A stretch of 64,000 nucleotides of DNA from Macrostomum lignano. Its lineage: Eukaryota. Position 1 is the stretch's first letter, and every line of letters begins with the position of its first letter. A model generated the notes under the pieces. That model searched no databases and was not told the DNA's origin. It saw nothing but the letters and a program-made list of their open reading frames with translations. Positions 1-11,494 of the stretch are shown here, piece by piece. The stretch covers positions 1 through 64,000 of the forward strand of contig NIVC01000722.1 in NCBI GenBank assembly GCA_002269645.1, in the 5' to 3' direction. A program made the position numbers and the translations under genes.

Positions 1-798
1 TTACACTTTACTGGGGGACGCCCTTGCTGATTCTGGCCTTGCTGCTGCTGTCCTGACGGCTGCTGCTGCTTGACCTTATGCTCAAACACTTTGGTGGTGT
101 CGGAGTAACTCCTGAAGCACCTTCTGCTGGTTTTCTAGCGCCTCACCCTGTTTGCGGACCAATTCCTTCAAGCTATTCTCAGCTTCTTCTCCTTCCAGTT
201 GCCTTACACTGCTGCGGGTCTCTACCTCGGCGAGACATAGCGTACGCCATTTCAATACGTCGCAAGACTCGACGTGTCTCTTGAAGCGAGTTTACCTGAG
301 CTAGTAGTAGCTTCTCTCTAGTCTCTGGGGCAACCCTAACACCTCTAATAAATTGTTCCACCACCTCTTCCTGTCTCTGATCGTTAGTTAGATGGGGAAA
401 CGCCCTGCATGCTAGCTCTGTCAGCTTTTCAGCGTAGTCATCAGTGCTTTCAGTTTTGCACTGGAACCTACTACGGAACTCTTCCCTAGCTTCTTGAGCA
501 CTACCTACATGCGTGAATCGCTCGATTAGCCTATCCTTAAAGTCTGCGTATGCTAGATTAGGATCTAAATTTAGCCTTGTCACGATAGCGAAGGCTGACT
601 GAACATCTAGGTTAGACAGTAGCTCATTCTTCCACTCAGCTGGGGGTATCTTATCTGCGATACACCTCTGCTCAAAAGCTTGAATCCACACGTCTATATC
701 CTGATTAGGCGTGTACTTTTGGATCCTAATGTGTTTCCTAATGTCTAGCCGTCTCTAATGCCTTCAGCCAGTGCTTCTACTACGTCATTCGCTTCCAT
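1..798 (-). mobile_element. Degenerate LTR-retrotransposon (Ty3/gypsy-like) gag ORF, frameshifted; runs off the left edge
   Basis: ORF 179..691 reads like a capsid-type gag (W..AFEQRC, F..R.Q...ES..DY...L..LA..AFP, EQFIRG). An ATG at 798 (MEANDVVEALAEGIR) joins it only through a ~2-bp frameshift near 750. Further frameshifts/stops follow below 180. Family assignment is by motif recognition. Confidence 0.75.
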
Positions 799-1402
799 AT
801 TAGTTTAATTTTAGGTTGGATTTTAGAATTAACGCTTCTGGTTTAATAATTTTGGTCAGTAAATTGGCAAGACTCCGAATTTAGCTGCTAAATTGCCTAA
901 TGGTAAGACTTTAGTTAATAAAATAGCAGTGACTCTACTTTTATTACTTCCGCCTTACTTCTGGTCTTAATTGAGACCTTACTAATCTTCTAGCGAAGAA
1001 ACTAAGTTAAAATTCCTTTCAGGAGCGTTAAATCCGTTCCTAATCCGTTAATCCGTTAATCTGAGATCAGACAATCTTAGATCAACTGACTATGTACATT
1101 AATTCTCTAATTTAGAACCTAATTAGTAAATTTGTGTTAGTTTTAGTTCTAATTTCAGCACATAGGAGTTAATTCGTTAATCCCTTACTAATCCTAAGCT
1201 CCAGTCTAATGTATGCGCTTCTCGGGTATTCTAATCCTCTAAGCTGCCACCAATTGGGATGGGCGTGTCCTCGCGGTTAAGCTACTGGTTTCTTATTTGC
1301 TAAGGATTATGAGTGGATTATTATCTGCGGTACTGTTTTAATGTTTGGTAGTTCGCTGCCACCAGGTTCCTGCTGTTCCCTAATTCTAGCTTTAGGTTTA
1401 AA

Positions 1403-2130
1403 GAACTGAGTCAGGACACCAATTTAGATTTAGTTAACACAAAAAGTTTTAATAATAAAAAAAACGGAAATGGTTACTTGATTGTACAAAAGTTTGGTTT
1501 TACATTAGTTCCTATACTTAAGTTTTCTGTTGTGCGTTGGGCAAGACTCCCAGTTTATAGATTTAGAGGCAAGACTCCTCTGTGCACGCCTAAATTATAT
1601 TCCTTTTATTTATTTCCCCTTCTTACCGCTTTTCTTGTGAGTTTTCCAAGTTCGAAGACACTCCAACAACAACAACTTTTCTTTCCCAAGAGCCCAACTG
1701 CTCTGTAGTTCTAAAGGAACCCCAATTTTATCTACTTACCCCCGCTCTAATTATTTCCCCGGGTTGAAACTACTGATAGTAGGGTAAAAGCATAATTGGA
1801 CCCACAAAATTTCCCGTTCCTAAAATAATGCCCTACTACACTAAAATCACCAAATCATAAATCATTGCTATTCCAAATAAGCCAGACTTAAAAAGCAGAG
1901 CACCAAGGCATTTGCCTTCATTAACCTACAGAAATGACAGTTCACACTAAATTCCTAGGCTCCTTCTTTTCTAGTGGAACAATAGTCTATGGCCAAACCT
2001 CACTAAAAAACAAAGCCTGAGAACTCAAAACAAGACCTGTTAACCAGTTAACAGGCCTAGGAACAAGTCCTGAGAACATTTTAGAACAACTATAATTCGT
2101 CAGTTAGTCCATTAGAAGTATAAACTATCA
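1403..2130 (-). mobile_element. Putative primer-binding site and 5' LTR of the gag element
   Basis: Minus strand 1421..1403 TGGTGTCCTGACTCAGTTC resembles the complement of a tRNA-His 3' end (TGGTGCCGTGACTCGGATT, 14/19). An AATAAA lies on the minus strand near 1610. LTR termini are not canonical, so the limits are approximate. Confidence 0.35.
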
Positions 2131-2206
2131 ACAGCAGTAATGACCGGTTCATTCTTGCCAATTCACTCGAACATGATTTCTATGGTATTGGTGTCACCGT
2201 GGACAG

Positions 2207-3452
2207 TCATGTGCATCTTCTTGGTAGTACCATCAGATACAACATCTTGCTCATTGGTCTGCCATTGGACTCCATGGCTTCTCCGGCATGTAGAGCGTAG
2301 GTCACACGCAAAAGGTCCGGGACATCTAGCCGTATGTACCTCTCAATTGCATTGGACAAATGTCCAGTGACATGGGCTATATCGTCCCTAGCCAGTCCAG
2401 CCCAATGCAACATGCTGGCACAAGTCTTCCTTAAAGACTGGTTTGAGAATTTACTATCCATAGACATGGGCTTGGTGATATTCGCCACAATGAAGTCGAG
2501 AGTACGCCGGCCAATAGGTCCATTCTGGTACCATCTGCCGCTCTTAATGGCAGACTCACTTTGAAACCAAGTCAGAAAAAGGTTCTCGTTCTTACATTGC
2601 TCCAGTTGGTAGCCGTCGTAGATTTTATAGATGCACGGAAGGCAGCGCTCATGATCTAGGGTGTGCAAAGCCATGACAACCTTCACAGGACAATTCTTGC
2701 TTCTGATCCTAGCATTGTTGGTTTTCGTGCTCCGCTCCTCTCTGTAGACCAACATTTCCTGGCCATCGTGTAGTTCTAAGCAAATCTCTTTGCCTCTCTT
2801 TAGACTGTGCAGCTCTGTACCACCACAAAGTTTGGTACAGGCAAAGTTTTTTTCCGATATAGAACACGAGTGTATACACCAGAGTCTTGGGATTGCCTGT
2901 ACCAAGGAGTTTCTTATCCCATAGATCTTTTTCCATGTCGAATGGAATTGGGTCAGAAACAAACTTTCCAGCAATGTTGCCCTCCTTGGTTAACTCTTTC
3001 ATCCCAGCATCAAGCACTCTTCAAGCACCTAGAAAATTGTCATCTTTCCATAGATTCCAGTTAGTGCCAAGTCCAAAATGTATATGTCGCTGCAACATGT
3101 TAAACATATCTCTCAGACTACTCAAGTTATACTTGGTACTGTCAGTTTTTCTAACCTCAAACAGGAAGGTCTTTAGTAGATAGTTCCAATCTGATTTTCC
3201 CCATTCAGAACACTCTTTAAACACAGATAGACTGCAGGCGTCTCCATGAAGCAGTTTGGTTTGCCTCTCCTGAAACCAGTCGTCAAATAGCTTTAGTGCC
3301 CATCGTTCCTTCTGGCATGTTGATTCCGGCACAGCAGCATCAATCCTTTCAGCAACCTTGTTATCGGACAGTAACGCAAATCTAGAAGCCTTGTTTTCTC
3401 TCAATTCAATGTCATTCAACCAGTCAAAAGCAAGTTCCAAGTCGTGTTCCAT
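2207..3452 (-). pseudogene. Crypton-type tyrosine-recombinase (DUF3504-like) transposon gene, inactivated
   Basis: Three ORF-track pieces join into one protein: an in-frame TGA at 3023..3021 (GA*RVLDAGM) and a +1 frameshift in the A7 run at 2853..2847. C-terminal recombinase motifs NQSLRKT, VTGH and IERY are present. The box-I Arg position reads LCGG. Confidence 0.85.
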
Positions 3453-4030
3453 GATTCTCAGTTCTCTCTGATTTTCTCTAGCTGCCCAAACCTTTCCTTT
3501 CTTGCTTTTAATTTAAGCATCAAATCTTTTACTTTAATTTTTATGTCTGTGGTTAAATGTGGGGGGCTGCGCCCCCACACCCCCACTTTTGATGAATACC
3601 TCACTCCCACTCCCAGGTGCTTCCAATATCTGTAGATTAAGTATGATCTTTGTCTGTTCTTTTGGTTCCTATGGCAGAGAAAGGCCGAGGATGCTGTTCT
3701 CAGGATAAGGCAAAGCCGAGATTACAAAAACAAAAAAAACAAAGATTATATACTTCCTATACTGTGAAACTAAAAAGCTAGATGTTAATATAGATGCAGC
3801 TGGTGTTGAATCTATATCTATGATCTTAGCAAGGAAGTGTAGAATACAAATACACTCAGCAACATTTAAAACGCAACACTCTAACTAGAAGAAAAATCAA
3901 CTCACTCAGAAGAGTCAAAGCGCATAGTCTATGGTTCAAATCGAGCTTCAGAAACGCGTGTAGCTTCCTCTCGCAAGTAACAGGGCGATGACTATGGACT
4001 GTTTTCAGATAGAGTGATCCAGCTGAGAGA

Positions 4031-4230
4031 ATGGTTCAACAGATGACAGACGCGGAAAGATGGCGAGCAGTCGGAATGTTGGAAGCATAACACGAGTGCA
4101 ATTTGCAATTAATTTCTAGCTTTTTGTTAAGGCCAAATTTGCTGGATTCGATTTCATTAGAAACGCTCTTCGAGACATTGGCTGTCTACATTTATGAGCC
4201 CTGATAGGTCCTGGAAAATGAGACAAAAGT
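4031..4230 (+). mobile_element. Tc1/mariner-like transposase N-terminal relic
   Basis: MVQQMTDAERWRAVGMLEA* resembles the Tc1-type paired-HTH start (LTD.ERWRAVGMLEAG). Downstream frames are broken (CWIRFH*). No TIRs found. Confidence 0.4.
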
Positions 4231-4335
4231 CGTTCCTTAATTTTTGCGGAGATCTTTACAATTCTTAAGCAAGTGAATAGACAAGTCAGCTGACTTGAGT
4301 TAACTAGCTAATTAGCTGTATAGCGAGTGACCCAC

Positions 4336-4461
4336 CTGACAGATGCAATCAGAGGTAGGCGATGGGGATCCCTGAAGAGTAGCCAATGTCGCGAGAAGGT
4401 ATATAAAACCGTATACGGCTTCAAAAAAAGTTGATGGTAGCATCGAAGTCCAGCTGCCCAT
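4336..4461 (-). CDS. Candidate first coding exon of a secreted/ER protein (signal peptide + CxCQ; ERO1-like N-terminus possible)
   Basis: TTTCAG acceptor at 4502..4497, then MGSWTSMLPSTFFEAVYGFIYLLATLATLQGSPSPTSDCICQ ending at a phase-0 donor CAG|GTGGGT at 4335. No downstream exon was found in the window. Confidence 0.35.
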
Positions 4462-4696
4462 CCGAGTGACATTCAGAAGGTCAGCATTTTTTGTTTCTGA
4501 AAGTACGTAGAAGTGCATAGAAATATACGATTTGCAGTTGTGCACAACTGAATTCAGTATTTCTGTTCGTGGACGGCTAAATCGAATTCGATTCAATTCG
4601 TAGTCGTGGAAAATGTATGGAACAATGACCCGTTCTTTATTTAATTTTCTGCTACTGTGATAAGCCCAAGATTTGGCTGCAAATCCGGTTCAATCA

Positions 4697-5045
4697 TCCA
4701 GAATTCACCTGGATTCGTGTGCTGATCCGGTTCACTCGCCCGGAATTAGCCCGGATTTGTGTGCTGATCCGGTTCACTCGCCCGGAATTCGCCCGGATTT
4801 GTGTGCTGATCCGGTTCACTCGCCCGGAATTAGCCCGGATTTGTGTGCTGATCCGGTTCACTCGCCCGGAATTAGCCCGGATTTGTGTGCTGATCCGGTT
4901 CACTCGCCCGGAATTAGCCCGGATTTGTGTGCTGATCCGGTTCACTCGCCCGGAATTAGCCCGGATTTGTGTGCTGATCCGGTTCACTCGCCCGGAATTT
5001 AGCCCGGATTTGTGTGCTGATCCGTTCCACTCGCCCGGATCGCAC
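4697..5045. repeat. 42-bp minisatellite, ~8 copies
   Basis: Unit GCCCGGAATTAGCCCGGATTTGTGTGCTGATCCGGTTCACTC, read directly. Confidence 0.95.
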
Positions 5046-5778
5046 CCGGAACAGTCACCGGATTTTTTTTAGCGATCCGGGTCTATTTTCCGGAATTTTT
5101 CTTTTTGATCCGGAAATTTCGCCCGGATTCTGTAAACTTTCGTTACAGATCCGGAATTTCCACCCGGATCAGATTGCATTACTGGAATAGGAAAAAATTC
5201 CGGGTGAACGCAAAAAATTCCGGGCGAAATTCCGGGTGAAAAGTTCGACGGGATGAGACTTTTTGCAAGCAATTTAAAGAACCCTAGCTAAAAAATTCAG
5301 TTTTGCCATCAACATCAGAAAATTCACCCTAGAAAGCCTTAAGCAAAATAAGACATCAGCAAGCTGTTTGTCACATTCTCTGGAAGATGTGTTATGCTAA
5401 GTGTTTCTGTCTTTTATTGCTGGTCTCAGTTTGTTTGCAAGACTGTGAAGCTTTTTGGAGATTTTGTGGGTTTTGACCATAGACATGTGTATATATGTCT
5501 GCCATCTGGTCTGAAAAAAGTGACACTCAGCTCACACTAAAGTGACACAAAACCAATATTGCAGAGTTTAACAGGAGTAATCTGTGTTTTCTTTGAGTTC
5601 AAAGCTTACTTTCTATGGCCAAAACTAACAAATCAACTAACAAGTCAACGCAAAATAAGATAGTAATTTGCGCTATATATGCCCGAAGAAAGTAGAATGA
5701 AATGGAAGGCTCAGTAGCCTTTATAGATTCTCTATAGAGTATTTCGAACACGAATAAACATTCCCTGGCATCCTTCAG

Positions 5779-7526
5779 GCTGGCACAGAGGAGAACAGCT
5801 ACGAGAGGGCTGAAGCTATCGCCCGCTACCTGCTTGAGCGCACCGGGCGCCGCCCAGAGCTGGCCGTAGTGCTGGGCTCGGGCCTCGGCGGGCTTGGCGA
5901 CTCCCTGACTGACCGGCAGGTGCTGCCCTACGCTGAAATTCCCGGCTTTCCAACCAGCACCGTGGCTGGTCACCAAGGCAACCTGATCTTTGGCAAGGCT
6001 GGCGATCGGGATGTGGTGCTCATGCAGGGGCGATTCCACGCCTATGAGGGCTACTCGGTGCACCAGGTTAGTCTGGGTCAATCAAGAATGACTGGGATCA
6101 TCATAGAAAAAACTGGGATCATCGTAGAAAAAACTGGGATCATCATCATAGTCTGGGATAGTGATCACAGAGAGACTGGGATCATCATCATAGAGAGACT
6201 GGGCTCATCATCATAGAGAGACTGGGCTCATCATCATAGAGAGACTGGGCTCATCATCATAGAGAGACTGGAATCATCATCATGGAGTGACTGAAATCAT
6301 TTATCATAAAGAGACTGGGATGATCATCATAGAGTGACTGGGATCATCATCATCACAGACTATTGAGCATTACTAACCTAAACCTTTGACGACCGACCTC
6401 AGGTGACCCTGCCGATGCGCGTATTCCACCTGATGGGCGTTCGCGCCGTTCTGCTCACCAACGCAGCCGGCGGACTCAATCGCGACTACGCAGTCGGCGA
6501 CGTGATGCTGATTCGCGACCATCTCAACTTGCCGGGCCTGGTCGGCTGCAACCCGTTGCGCGGGCCGAACGACGAACGCCTGGGGCCTCGGTTTCCATCG
6601 ACTTCGGACGTCTACGATAAGCGAATGCGAGACCAGCTGGCCGAGGCGTTTAAACAGTGCAACTTCCCCGGCGCCACTCGGCTAGGGGTGTACGTCTATC
6701 AGCAGGGCCCGTGCTACGAGTCCGTGGCCGAGTGCCGCATGCTCATCACTATGGGAGCTGACGCTGTTGGTGAGTGACAAGTTACTACGGGGAGTGACGG
6801 GTAACAAAGGGAGTGACAAGTAACTAAGGGGAGTGGCAAGTAACTAAGGGGAGTGACGGGTAACAAGGGGAGTGACAAGTAACTAAAGGGAGTGACAACT
6901 GACAAGTAACTAAGGGAGTGACAAGTAACTAAAGGGAGTGACAACTGACAAGTAACTAAGGGGAGTGACAAGTAACTAAAGGGAGTGACAACTGACAAGT
7001 AACTAAGGGGAGTGACAAGTAACTAAAGGGAGTGACAACTGACAAGTACGAGTAACTAAGGGGAGTGACAACTGACAAGTACGAGTAACTAAGGGGAGTG
7101 ACAAGTAATAAAGGGGAGTGGCAAGTAACTAAGGAGAGTAACGGGTACCTAAGGAGAGTGACGAATGCGAGTGACAGTTTCTGAGTGGCACGTAACAGAG
7201 GGGAAGTCACGAAAAGGAAGCGCCAATTGCCATTGTATGTAACTTGGGCTTTGCCGTAAATGGCGATGACCTCGTAAATTGGTACTCAAAGTACACATTG
7301 TTGTTTTATCCATCTTGCAGGCATGTCTACAGTGCCGGAGGCGGTTGTGGCGCACCACGCCGGCCTGCGCGTCTGTGCCTTCTCGTTGATCACAAACATG
7401 GCCCTGTTGGAGTGGGACAGCGCCGAGAAGGCCAACCACGAGGAGGTGCTGCAGACTGGGCAGCTGCGGGCCGACCAGCTCAAGTCGAGCGTGTCTCACT
7501 TTTTGGCCAACTTCAGCCTCGATTGA
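5779..7526 (+). CDS. PNP: Purine nucleoside phosphorylase (trimeric PNP family); exons 5779-6066, 6403-6769, 7321-7526; start exon not identified
   Basis: Motifs VLGSGLG, IPGFP.STV.GH.G.L, MQGRFH.YEG, TNAAGGLN, GP.YES.AE, GADAVGMSTVPE, SLITN and NHEEV. GT-AG sites give consistent phases (0 and 1). TACTAAC branch site at 6371. Confidence 0.93.
6088..6355. repeat. ~23-bp minisatellite in PNP intron
   Basis: Unit GAGAGACTGGG(A/C)TCATCATCATA. Confidence 0.9.
6770..7160. repeat. 19-26-bp minisatellite starting at the PNP donor site
   Basis: Unit GGGAGTGACAAGTAACTAA(G), with variants inserting ACTGACA. Confidence 0.9.
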
Positions 7527-7883
7527 AACTAACTCATGGTTTTTAATTATCAATATTTACGAGTAATGGCTTCTAATTGGTTGGTTAGTTCCTTTTCTAA
7601 TCGCGCGTAGCTCTCTGATTTTACTAATCCGTATATGCCATTTATTGGTTTTTATCGATATTTTTATGCTTTGCTTTGGCAGGGACCGCTGGTAGTCAGT
7701 AAGACGTGTGCCTGACTCGCGCGACACGACGACGACCCCTGGTTTGATTCCGTGGGCAGCCATATATATTCAATTGGGGCTTGTGTGTGCACGAAATTTG
7801 GCCTTGGGGGGGGGGGGTTGTGCACACCCTGTGCGAGCGTGTGTGTGAGTGGTGTCTCTGCTTTAGAGACTAGCGGATCCGTT

Positions 7884-7898
7884 GTTGCCCTTGGCAAC
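7884..7898. promoter_or_regulatory. X-box (RFX-type) palindrome
   Basis: GTTGCC-CTT-GGCAAC fits GTNRCC(N0-3)RGYAAC. Function is not shown. Confidence 0.35.
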
Positions 7899-9368
7899 AG
7901 GTTTTTTATCCTGCCGCCGTATCTGAACGGAAAGTGTGTCTGATTGAAAATAATTAATTTATACCCCATCATATGCTTAATATGCGTTCTTGACTACTTG
8001 GATATTTAAGGACAGGCGCTACTCTCCGTTCGGATGCAGCACGTGAACAGTTTTTAAAAACTTTATTGATAGGCTTTTTTCAATTCGATTTCTTATATTC
8101 CGCTCATTCCATTGTGTTTTCTACATGTAGAGCCTTGATAAAGTTTACTTACTGGCTTGGTAGATCATACATACTAGAATAACTAGGAGGGCCACTCAGC
8201 ACATTTGCGTGCAAGCTACTTTCAGTTCAGTAGTAAGTTAAATAGAAGCATTTTAACGTATTTTTAAAGCCAAGGCTCATATTGGCTCTCAAACTCCACA
8301 CAGATCCTCCACCCCTGCCCCGCCGTCCAATTTTATTACCTTCCTAGGTTGTTCCAGCCTAAATCTGCCATGTACATTTCAGTGGCTAATGTACATTATG
8401 GCTGAACCAATTAGCCAGCTTGGGCTTCTGAACTTATCAAAGTCATTTCAGCTGCCTTTATTTTTATAAAATAGCTTATGTACTCTTCTTTGCTACTGAA
8501 CTGGAAGTAGAAAGCTGTTTACTAAGTATATATGCCTGAGTGGCCATCTAGTTATTCTAGTACCCGTGGTAATGACTTTTTAATCGTCTATCTGCAGTAA
8601 ACAAATGAATGTACTTTTATCTATTGTGGTTTGTACTTCTATTATAATTTGGCGCTAGCTTCTCTGCAATGCAAGACTAATTAAGTGTTGCACTTTTATC
8701 ATATTAGCGACTTTTTCTATTACTAATCAGCTCAGATTTTATCCAGGGCGTTAACAATTCTCTATATTGTTTTGCTTTTTTTATATTATTGAATGCTAAT
8801 TCCGAGGCAAATGTTAACTAGCTAGACTTAGATCAGCAACCCATATAGAATCTCTTTGCCTGTTTTCCTTGTTTAAAAGAAATATAAACCTTTTTTAAAT
8901 TGATTTTCTTTTTCTGGTAGATGGCGCCGAAGCACTCGCTTGTTGTGCAAAATCTCTACAGTGCTTTGTTTGTATTGCTTTGCCTCAGGTCCAATGAGAT
9001 TCAGTATATAGTGCTAGTAGGTAGAATATGATAAAATGTCATTTGCAGGGGGGGGGGCTCACAACCGTGCAGCGCTGTCAATTGACTTCCTAATCGTCAG
9101 GAATGTACTCTGTGTCTGGGGGAGGGGGGTTGGCTTTCATGACAACTCCCTCATTAGACCAATTTTTTTGCTCAAGCCCCAACAAGCTCAAGCTCGAACC
9201 TGGGGCGAAAGTCGGACGCGTTTGCCACTGAGCTGCTCTGCCTCAGTACTACTTAAAGTAGTAGGTAAATTTATTGTCTAGATATCAACTTGTATGGGTA
9301 GTGTAGCACTTTATCTCATTCCAATTCGTCAAACTGTGTTTAAAAATTCCATTTTAACTTTCGAATTG

Positions 9369-9602
9369 AGGAATGATGCTGAGGGAGAATGATGCTGAGA
9401 GGGAATGATGCTGAGAGGGAATGATGCTGAGGGGGAATGATGCTGAGAGGGAATGATGCTGAGAGGGAATGATGCTGAGAGGGAATGATGCTGAGAGGGA
9501 ATGATGCTGAGAGGGAATGATGCTGAGAGGGAATGATGCTGAGGGGGAATGATGCTGAGAGGGAATGATGCTGAGAGGGAATGATGCTGAGGGGGATTGA
9601 TG
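9369..9602. repeat. 16-bp minisatellite
   Basis: Unit GAGAGGGAATGATGCT, ~14 copies. Confidence 0.92.
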
Positions 9603-10769
9603 AGATGGAAGGGGCTCAATTGTATTCATTTTTATTAGTGTATGGGATTTTTATTGCGAAGTAATTTTTACTTAATTGAAATTTTTGAGTGGGATGCTGT
9701 CCTGGGATTTCACTGGAGAGTCAACTGATGGGGATTCCACAGACAGGGATTTTACTATGCCTATGTGGATCGCCTATCCATAGTTTTGATTTTTAAAGAA
9801 CCCACAGTTAAGGCCAGCAAATTTACAAAAAATAGAGTTAATCACAGATTCACAAGGCGGTTTAAAAATCGTGCGAAAAGGTTATATATACATAGTTATT
9901 AGTCTATATATATATATAAATTCGAAGTTGACTGTCAATAACGCGTATCACTTTCTCTCTGTATGCATTTGGTTTATTTTGCCCTCCTGTGAACATCTTT
10001 TTCTGTCTACTGCATGCTTTGCGCAATGTTGTATAGAAGCGGTAGAGGGTTGTCTTGTGTTTTACTAAGTTTCCATGACGATGCTAGCTATAGTTATTGA
10101 GATACATCATCTTACGCAGAAGAGAAAGTTGAGAACACTCTTCAAGAAGCAATTATGTTCGGCTGTGTGACTGGGAGGCTAGCCAAAGCTAGTGCTTTGC
10201 GGTTGGCTCACAGTCAGCCCTGGGGAGGGGGGAGCGTCTCCTCTCGTGTGTGTTGAAATTATAAAACTGCTGGCCGCCCTGTTGTGAGTGAGTGCAATTT
10301 CCCCAGGGCCAGCTGTGTGCTCCCGTGTTTGCTACACAATCTTGTCCACGATCTTCTATACACTGTCTACTGCTGTGTATCCAGGTATTTAATTACCTGT
10401 CAGGTAGGTTGTTTGATTTGTGGCACTTTCTCTCTCTCTCTCTGTGTGTGCGTGTGTGTGTTTAATTTTAATCAGAGTGTGCAGACAGTAGGCTTGATCG
10501 ATCGGGCCTTTCACCCTGGCAAACTCCTGTGAACTGAATCGGTTAACTTTATCTAACTTCAACAAGGAACTTCTGAACCTTCTGAACCAAATCATGCAAT
10601 GAAACCTTATTATGAACAAAGTAGTTTTTGTCTCAATTGTCAATATTGGTAAAAGTTCCCACTTCAAATATTCAATTTCATACAGTTCTTGCTCTTTATG
10701 AAAAAAGACATCTAATGGTACCGTCTGTGAGGCAAATAACTGTCCTTTCTGAACTTGTCGGTAACACCG

Positions 10770-11275
10770 TATGTTCATCAGTCGTCGAGAGTAACGCCTG
10801 TTTGTTCATCAGTCTTCGACAGTAACACCTGTATGTTCATCAGTCTTCGTCAGTAACACCTGTTTGTTCATCAGTCTTCGTCAGTAACACCTGTATGTTC
10901 ATCAGTCTTCGTCAGTAACACCTGTATGTTCATCAGTCTTCGTCAGTAACACCTGTATGTTCATCAGTCTTCGTCAGTAACACCTGTTTGTTCATCAGCC
11001 TTCGTCAGTAACACCTGTTTGTTCATCAATCTTCGTCGGTAACACCTGTTTGTTCATCAGCCTTCGTCAGTAACACCTGTTTGTTCATCAATCTTCGTGG
11101 GTAGCACCTGTATGTTCATCAATCTTCGTCGGTAACACCTGTTTGTTCATCAGCCTTCGTCAGTAACACCTGTTTGTTCATCAATCTTCGTGGGTAGCAC
11201 CTGTATGTTCATCAGCCTTCGTCAGTAACACCTGTTTGTTCATCAGTCTTTTAATCGTCGTTGGTAACACCTGTT
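10770..11275. repeat. 31-bp minisatellite
   Basis: Unit CAGTAACACCTGT(T/A)TGTTCATCAGTCTTCGT. Confidence 0.92.
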
Positions 11276-11494
11276 TATTCCGTCCATCTTGGCGCTAGTT
11301 TTGTCCATTGGTTTACTCAACAATTTATTGATGGTTAACAATCATTAATGGACGGTCCTGTTGGTACCTGCTGCTGCTTGTTGACTGCCTTTCCAGCGAA
11401 TTCCAGATGACTTTCCAGTGTAAATAGTCATATTGAACTGCACGCATTGCAACTGCAACATTGTAGACGAGCTTTCTGCAACCTGCAGTCGAAA

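Noticed and set aside
4060-4077. ATG at 4060 as the missing PNP start exon
   Set aside because: The donor is weak and the same bases are better explained as a Tc1-like relic in another frame.
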